From Candidatus Thorarchaeota archaeon (GTDB taxonomy: Archaea; Asgardarchaeota; Thorarchaeia; Thorarchaeales; Thorarchaeaceae), in contig JAOUFI010000070.1 in assembly GCA_029858305.1 (NCBI GenBank), forward strand, positions 1 to 11,951: a DNA stretch of 11,951 nucleotides, written 5' to 3'. The notes beneath the pieces are model-generated. The model did not search any database and had not been told where the DNA came from. It was given only the letters and a program-made list of their open reading frames with translations. Positions within the stretch are counted from its first letter, which is position 1. Each line of letters opens with the position of its first letter. The position numbers and the translations under genes were made by a program. Below are positions 6,540 to 11,951 of this stretch, piece by piece.

Positions 6540-7942
6540 TGGCGCGCACCTCCTGTTGTAACAATCTCTTCGACTGATTTGACAAGTCTATCAATAGATT
6601 TCTGGCTGTGCATCTCTGATACGCAGAACAACATCGACTCACCCATCTCTGGAAATTCATCGGTCAGTATTTTTCCTCCCTGAATTCCCAGTTTTAGAAG
6701 GCCATCATGAACTTGCTTTGCCGTGATACCGCTCTCAAATTGCACAACAAACTCTTTCCAAATGAACTCGCCAAGTGCCGGGCTTCTTACTCCACTAATC
6801 TTGCCAAGTCGATTTGCAGCATAATTTGATTTTAGTGAAATAGTTTCTCCAAGACTTTCCAATCCTGTTGGACCAAGGACTGACATATAGACTGCTGCAG
6901 TCACCGCAGCAAGTGCCTGATTTGAACAAATATTACTTGTCGCTTTCTCTCTACGTATGTGCTGTTCTCGGGGACTGAGGGTCAGAACATAACCGTTCTC
7001 GTACGGTTCTTCCTCAGTTCGGGTCATCCCAACAAGACGACCTGGCATTTGGTATATCAGTTTGCGGTCATTCTTGCATCCGAAGATACCAAGTAAGGGG
7101 CCACCATAGCTCATAGGAGAACCAAGATGTTGCCCTTCAGCAACTACGATGTCAGCATCGTATTCACCAGGAGGACGCATGACTCCAAGGGAGAGAATAT
7201 CAACCCCTACTACAAACAGGGCACCCTTTTCATGTACCAGTTTCGCAATTTCATCTACTTGTGTCTCAATGAAACCTAGATGACTCGGGTTTTCAATATA
7301 AACACCTGCAACCTTGTCACTCATCTTAGCTTCTAAATCCGAAAGAATCATGAGGCCAGTCTCTTTATCGAAATCAACTTTGATTACATCGATGCCAGCA
7401 GGCTCGGTATATGTGTGAATCACCTGGTAATGCTCTGGATTTATTGAGCCAGGCACAAGGAATGTAGAACGGTTCTTATTCACACGCGTTGTCATCCGAG
7501 CTGCTTCTGCTACAGCTGTTGCCATGTCGTACATTGATGAGTTTACTACATCTATCTGGAGAATCTCGGACAACAGACTTTGATATTCAAACAATGTCTG
7601 TAGCATACCCTGACTGATTTCAGCCTGGTAACTAGTATACGACGTGACAAATTCTGACCTCCCGGCTAATGCTGGAACTATAGCAGGAATGTAATGCATG
7701 CCCACTCCAGAACCAAGAAAGACATCGCCATCAGAAGCAGATACATTCCTATCTGCAAGCTCCTGAATTCTTCGTATGACTTCGAGTTCAGTATGAGACT
7801 CGGGAAGATCAAGTTCATTCTTTACTCTGAATTTGTCAGGGATATTACAGAACAAATCTTCTAGATTTTTCTTACCAATAGACGCAAGCATTTCTTCTTC
7901 TGTAGCCTTTGTAATTGGGATCCATGGATGTTTGTATTCCAT
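6536..7942 (-). CDS. gcvPA: Glycine dehydrogenase (decarboxylating) subunit 1, glycine cleavage P-protein alpha
   Basis: FLGSG, TSYTSYQAEISQGMLQTLFEYQS, NSSMYD, SYGGP, MPGRLVG, REQHIRREKATSNICSNQAL. Start reassigned from 8056 to ATG 7942 (MEYKHPWIP, GGAG RBS upstream), where the family N-terminus begins. Confidence 0.95.
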   Translation of the reverse strand: MEYKHPWIPITKATEEEMLASIGKKNLEDLFCNIPDKFRVKNELDLPESHTELEVIRRIQELADRNVSASDGDVFLGSGVGMHYIPAIVPALAGRSEFVTSYTSYQAEISQGMLQTLFEYQSLLSEILQIDVVNSSMYDMATAVAEAARMTTRVNKNRSTFLVPGSINPEHYQVIHTYTEPAGIDVIKVDFDKETGLMILSDLEAKMSDKVAGVYIENPSHLGFIETQVDEIAKLVHEKGALFVVGVDILSLGVMRPPGEYDADIVVAEGQHLGSPMSYGGPLLGIFGCKNDRKLIYQMPGRLVGMTRTEEEPYENGYVLTLSPREQHIRREKATSNICSNQALAAVTAAVYMSVLGPTGLESLGETISLKSNYAANRLGKISGVRSPALGEFIWKEFVVQFESGITAKQVHDGLLKLGIQGGKILTDEFPEMGESMLFCVSEMHSQKSIDRLVKSVEEIVTTGGARQ

Positions 7943-7973
7943 CGCACTCTTCTCCGATTGGGCCCTTGGTCTG

Positions 7974-8034
7974 CTGGCAAGTCTTCTTACCCAAATAGCT
8001 TTTGGGTGAGGCGATTTCAAATAGCTCCTGCCAG
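7974..8034. promoter_or_regulatory. Nested inverted and direct repeats in the divergent gcvPA/trm112 intergenic region
   Basis: CTGGCA(7974-7979)/TGCCAG(8029-8034); ACCCAAA(7989-7995)/TTTGGGT(8001-8007); direct repeat CAAATAGCT at 7992-8000 and 8018-8026. Confidence 0.45.
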
Positions 8035-8088
8035 AATGTTTTTTACGATAATACACAAATCGACGCTCATCATAGGAGTGACATCATA

Positions 8089-8400
8089 ATGAAGCGCTGG
8101 CTCATGGATATCCTTGCCTGCCCAGTGAGTGACTGTAGAAATGAGCTTAATCTAGAGGTTTACAAGTCACATAAACTGGAAACTGAGGGAGAGGAAGTTG
8201 AAGAAATCGATGAAGCGCTAATCAGATGTCCTAAATGTGGTCGTTGGTATCCGGTCATTGATGGGATAGCGTGCATGCTCCCGGACAATTTACGGATGGA
8301 TGGTAAGCAGCGTATAGAGGAAACAGCCTTTCTAGAGCGGTGGAAGAAGAACATCCCAACCGACATCTTGAAGAGTGGAATACCTTTTGGACTTACCTAA
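8089..8400 (+). CDS. trm112: Trm112 family methyltransferase activator (zinc-binding)
   Basis: MKRWLMDILACPVSDC...EIDEALIRCPKCGRWYPVIDGIACMLP, four Cys; AGGAGTGA RBS at 8074-8081 supports ATG 8089 rather than 8002. Confidence 0.9.
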   Translation: MKRWLMDILACPVSDCRNELNLEVYKSHKLETEGEEVEEIDEALIRCPKCGRWYPVIDGIACMLPDNLRMDGKQRIEETAFLERWKKNIPTDILKSGIPFGLT

Positions 8401-8404
8401 TTAT

Positions 8405-8480
8405 AGCCCCGTGGTGTAGTGGTCCAGCATTGAGGGTTTTGGCCTCTCAGACCTAGGTTCAAATCCTGGCGGGGCTACCA
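8405..8480 (+). tRNA. tRNA-Gln (anticodon UUG), intronless, CCA encoded
   Basis: Acceptor AGCCCCG/CGGGGCT + A + CCA; D arm GTGT/GCAT with GG in the loop; anticodon stem GAGGG/CTCTC, loop TTTTGGC (TTG at 8439-8441); T arm CTAGG-TTCAAAT-CCTGG; A1-U72 pair typical of archaeal tRNA-Gln. Confidence 0.97.
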
Positions 8481-8506
8481 CCTCTCATAACGTCTTTGGA
8501 CGGGCT

Positions 8507-9373
8507 TTATTCCTTTTCAGCAATACTTAATGCATCGTCAGGTTGTGCCATCTCAACCCTGAATAGTCGCTTGACGTGAGACAGCACAAGACGGTCTCCG
8601 TTGACCTCGACATCAATGTCGATATAGTCCTTGAGTCCGGAGGTGGACAGCTTCTTTTCAAGAATTGCCTGAACTTGGAAGACTCCTGCAGGGTTTGCCA
8701 TCGCCACGGTGATCTGAAGCGGGATTGATTTGCTCTTGGATAAAGTGACATTCTCGATGGCCATAGCACTCACCGAATGAATATCGACCTTGCCTTGCTG
8801 GAATGGGACCGTAGTTCGGCCTTTTGTCATGTCGCACCCATCACCAATTTTAGTTATTCCAGCTTCTAGAGTGAGACACTGTGTATCATCATCATGGGCA
8901 TAGATGCCATGATAAATGAAAGAGAGAATATCCGTTGCCTTTCCCGGGTCACCATAGATATTGTCAAGTTTGGACTCTAGAATCTCATTTGCAAGCTGGA
9001 CTGCAGCCTGATTATGCTCATTTCTGTGAACAACCATCCCGATGTCGTGTAGATAGGTTGATGCTAGCACAATGAGGCGCGCATCATCAACATCACCAAT
9101 ACCCTCTGCAACCACATTTGGTTTGAAGGTGTCTTCAAGGATGTCAAATGCCTTTAGGGCATACCAAGTTGCCACTTCTGCATGAACTGGACCATGGTCA
9201 GTATAGCCTAGTCTGGATACAGCCATACGATTTGCACTCCGAAGATATGACTGCACCTTTGGCGATCCAGTCAGGTATTGATACATCTCAAGAGCCAGAG
9301 ACTCATCTTGGAGCAACTCTCTCGCTCTGATTGTCTGACGGTCAACAGATTCATGCTTGTTCATTGAAATCAC
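8507..9373 (-). CDS. HD-domain metal-dependent phosphohydrolase (function unknown)
   Basis: DHGPVH, YLHDIG, HRNEH, IYAHD, GDGCDMTKGR motifs of the HD superfamily; start is GTG 9373 or ATG 9364; TATA-like CATATAAT at 9435-9428. Confidence 0.88.
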   Translation of the reverse strand: MISMNKHESVDRQTIRARELLQDESLALEMYQYLTGSPKVQSYLRSANRMAVSRLGYTDHGPVHAEVATWYALKAFDILEDTFKPNVVAEGIGDVDDARLIVLASTYLHDIGMVVHRNEHNQAAVQLANEILESKLDNIYGDPGKATDILSFIYHGIYAHDDDTQCLTLEAGITKIGDGCDMTKGRTTVPFQQGKVDIHSVSAMAIENVTLSKSKSIPLQITVAMANPAGVFQVQAILEKKLSTSGLKDYIDIDVEVNGDRLVLSHVKRLFRVEMAQPDDALSIAEKE

Positions 9374-9454
9374 TCTTTAAGGACAGATAGGAAATCATCC
9401 TGTTTTGATAAGACTTGCGAAGGTGACATTATATGCTCTAATTGGAGAAAGAGT

Positions 9455-9489
9455 GAAATCTAGATAGACAAGACGTCTATCTAGACTTC
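9455..9489 (-). terminator. 15-bp hairpin overlapping the stop codon of the ribophorin fusion gene; candidate terminator/3' stabiliser
   Basis: TCTAGATAGAC(9459-9469)/GTCTATCTAGA(9475-9485) perfect 11 bp with a 5-nt loop; extends to 15 bp with one G-U pair on the - strand; followed by pyrimidine-rich ACTCTTTCTCC. Confidence 0.6.
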
Positions 9490-11951
9490 TCCAGCCTCTT
9501 CCTGTATTGAGAGGAGGATCCTATCAGTAGCACTAGTAGCCTTCTGGATCGTCTTCAGGTAATCTTGTCGTGACTTCTCAAAGGCCACGCGACTGATTCT
9601 CTGTTTCTTCTTTCTGAGAAGTAATTGACGAAGACCAGCTTTCGCACCTTCGATTCTTTCATCCTGAAGCTCTAGTTGAGCAATTAGGTCTCTGTACCTT
9701 GGACCATGGCGTGCAAGTTCCTCCTTCACGGATGGAAGCTTTGAATCTATCTCCTCAACCTGTTTCCTCAAATCGCCCTCGCGCATCATATACTCTCGCT
9801 TTTTGACCTTCCCTCTTCGTCTGGATGCATCAAGTTTTTCCAAATCAATATTGAGAGAGGTCTTTCTGGAGTAAAGATTGGCAAAGTTTGAAAGTAGTTC
9901 AGGAGGCGCTCCTAATTGCTTGACCTTGTAAGACTCGTCATAGTCCTCTGCATCGATACGTGCTCCAAGAGCTTCCTCAGGCACTTCCACTTTTCTGTAT
10001 GAAACATACAGAGCTGCAATGACTCCGACTATCAATGTAAAGAGAATTGGCCTAGCTGCAGCTCCGAGCGTGGTCTGGTAGACCAGAGAGATTTTTGCAG
10101 GATTCCTCTGGGTCTGATTGTGGAAGACATAACTATATGATGTATCGAACACACCATATCGTTTTATGTAACCCTCAGTTGCTTCGCTGGCATATACTGA
10201 CACTGGAAAAACGATGTCAATATTATGGGTGAAAACAAGGATATCACCTAACAAGGCTATAGGAACTTCTAATAGAACCCCACCAGGAGCCACGCCTTGG
10301 TAGGAACTTGTCTGAACTACATATGAAACCTTGAATGTGTATTTGAAGGATGGTTCTAATCCGTTCCCAAATCTATCGGTTGCCAGATTGATTTGAAGGG
10401 CTCTTGTTTCATTAAAATCCCCAATAGTAATCGCAGCCTGTGTCTGTGATGTGGCTAATGCTCCGACCTCATCAAAAATTTTGATGTTGGCAGAATATGC
10501 GGGTAGAGTCAGTGGAAGTTGATTGAGAGTGCTTCCACCGGTGTTTTCTAATGAGATAGTTTCCTCGTATGACAACCAACCCCACGCATCCACCGTGATT
10601 CTTGTTACACGACTTGCTATAATGTTCTGTGTGAATAATCGTAGACTAGCACTGAACACATTCTCTGTTAGGGGAGCAACATTTTGTTCCTGCAGATCGG
10701 GTACTTCTTCATTTGGAACAAGAGAGCCACCACCCTCAAAGGCGAGGGAGAACACAGCACGATTCTGTACGTAGGGGATTACTGGGTACCGTAGGAACTC
10801 GAGCTCGTACTCGAATTCGTTTGGAACTGTTAGATAAAATAGACTATGTAGATAGGTAATAGTTTTGAATGTAAATGATTCTTGGTATCGAATCGGATCC
10901 GAAAAATGTATTCTCCATCGTATCATTCCATTTGCATTTGTCAACCTAACAAAGAAAATATCATTGCCGGATGTATCTCTGGCTACGAATTCAAGAAGAT
11001 TGGATTCATATTTTTCTGGGAAGTAGATATCCATTGCGTTGATTGGGACAGAACCATTATTCTTTACAATGTAGGTATCCTCAGCTCTAGAGCCAAAGTT
11101 TGGTGTGACTATTAATGTACGAGTTGCATCCACACGCATGCCGAGAAGTGGGAAGAATGGTCTATCAATCTCGATATTGACATAGACAAGACCATCGGCA
11201 TCTGAAAGGTCTGTAGCATTGAATGTTATGACATGTGGACCTTCATCGTAGATTGATAGGTCAACAGAGCCAGTCCATAATAATGTCTTAAAGTCGTAGG
11301 ATAGACTGGCCCAAGATTCGTTATCTACTCGATAGGACGCGCGCCAGACAAAATCATTGGTTGCGTTAAGCTTCAACAAAGCTACCCAATCAATTATTGC
11401 ACCCGCTTCAGGACTTAGCACGACCATAGTAGGAGGCTTGTTAGGCAACACCTTGACCATTACTGGTTCGTTCCAGTATGTGTGTTGTGTAGGAAGACCA
11501 TTGAGTTCTTCACTTGAGCCGTACATGAAAACAAAAGGAAATATCATATCTGTGCTGTTGAATAATGGGATGTCATTGAAATCGGTGCTGTTCATTTGAA
11601 TGACGTATTCCAACTGTGTGATTGTACCGTTGTCAGATCCATCAGCTGATAGAATCTGAGTCTGATTTGAATCAGGTAAATGTTGGAATGTGCTCGTTCC
11701 ATGCTCGTCACTGTATACAATTTGGCTTGAGCTAGCAGGATTGATGGTTCTAGATACTCCTGATCTATAGATGCGTTGCAAAGTGATTGTATAGATGAGA
11801 TCCTGTCCATAAAGCTCATGGCCTTTGGTGTTGTACGCTTGAGTAGCAGGAATAATGAAATGGCGTACCTCGCCGATTCGCATTCCAATGATTGCATCTT
11901 TGTACATTTGAAGGGCTGACAGACTCTCGACAGGCTCAATCGATCCGATAT
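9481..11951 (-). CDS. Ribophorin I (RPN1/OST1)-like membrane protein with N-terminal FKBP-like, DOMON-like and Ig-like domains; N-terminus lies outside the window
   Basis: The frame stays open from ATG 11907 to the window edge (IGSIEPVESLSALQ-MYKD). TRITVDAWGWLSYEETISLENTG and IFDEVGALATS parallel the eukaryotic RPN1 motifs RxIEVSHWGNIAVEE and YRDEIGNxSTS; single TM helix ILFTLIVGVIAALYVSY (about 10047-9997); charged helical cytoplasmic tail. Confidence 0.8.
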   Translation of the reverse strand, partial: IGSIEPVESLSALQMYKDAIIGMRIGEVRHFIIPATQAYNTKGHELYGQDLIYTITLQRIYRSGVSRTINPASSSQIVYSDEHGTSTFQHLPDSNQTQILSADGSDNGTITQLEYVIQMNSTDFNDIPLFNSTDMIFPFVFMYGSSEELNGLPTQHTYWNEPVMVKVLPNKPPTMVVLSPEAGAIIDWVALLKLNATNDFVWRASYRVDNESWASLSYDFKTLLWTGSVDLSIYDEGPHVITFNATDLSDADGLVYVNIEIDRPFFPLLGMRVDATRTLIVTPNFGSRAEDTYIVKNNGSVPINAMDIYFPEKYESNLLEFVARDTSGNDIFFVRLTNANGMIRWRIHFSDPIRYQESFTFKTITYLHSLFYLTVPNEFEYELEFLRYPVIPYVQNRAVFSLAFEGGGSLVPNEEVPDLQEQNVAPLTENVFSASLRLFTQNIIASRVTRITVDAWGWLSYEETISLENTGGSTLNQLPLTLPAYSANIKIFDEVGALATSQTQAAITIGDFNETRALQINLATDRFGNGLEPSFKYTFKVSYVVQTSSYQGVAPGGVLLEVPIALLGDILVFTHNIDIVFPVSVYASEATEGYIKRYGVFDTSYSYVFHNQTQRNPAKISLVYQTTLGAAARPILFTLIVGVIAALYVSYRKVEVPEEALGARIDAEDYDESYKVKQLGAPPELLSNFANLYSRKTSLNIDLEKLDASRRRGKVKKREYMMREGDLRKQVEEIDSKLPSVKEELARHGPRYRDLIAQLELQDERIEGAKAGLRQLLLRKKKQRISRVAFEKSRQDYLKTIQKATSATDRILLSIQEEAGEV

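Noticed and set aside
7943-8088. N-terminal extensions of gcvPA (to 8056) and trm112 (from 8002) in the ORF track
   Set aside because: They would overlap head-to-head; RBS motifs and family N-termini support ATG 7942 and ATG 8089.
8460-8506. tRNA 3' end as an integration (att) site
   Set aside because: No duplicate of the tRNA 3' end and no integrase in the window; flanking genes look like core genes.
9374-9483. Possible UAG (pyrrolysine) readthrough of the ribophorin gene via the hairpin
   Set aside because: A second in-frame TAG follows after six codons, the extension is not in frame with the HD gene, and five of the eleven CDSs here end at TAG at plausible C-termini.
2425-11939. Remaining small antisense or out-of-frame ORFs nested in the long genes (e.g. 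3030..3470, 3566..3865, 6405..6683, 10523..10774, 11592..11939)
   Set aside because: They overlap well-supported CDSs and carry no recognisable motifs.

Overview
Archaeal chromosomal window, most likely an Asgard archaeon and plausibly Thorarchaeia. This is an inference from a ribophorin I (RPN1/OST1) homolog, an archaeal A1-U72 tRNA-Gln, archaeal-type MtaB, Trm112 and SSB genes, and GAGTGA-type ribosome binding sites. Left to right: single-OB-fold SSB with a long Tyr/Gly/Arg low-complexity tail (-); CDGSH-ferredoxin-CDGSH Fe-S protein (-); an intergenic region of about 400 bp holding a strongly structured, G/C-skewed element (candidate ncRNA); Gfo/Idh/MocA oxidoreductase (+); a minus-strand run gcvPA-gcvPB-LpdD/PAC-like-SAMP/MoaD-tRNA methylthiotransferase; a divergent trm112 followed after a 4-nt gap by tRNA-Gln(UUG); an HD-domain protein (-); and a large membrane protein (-) running off the right edge, in which a ribophorin I module is fused to Ig-like, DOMON-like and FKBP-like domains. 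No mobile element or CRISPR array is visible. All family calls come from reading motifs by eye, not from database searches.
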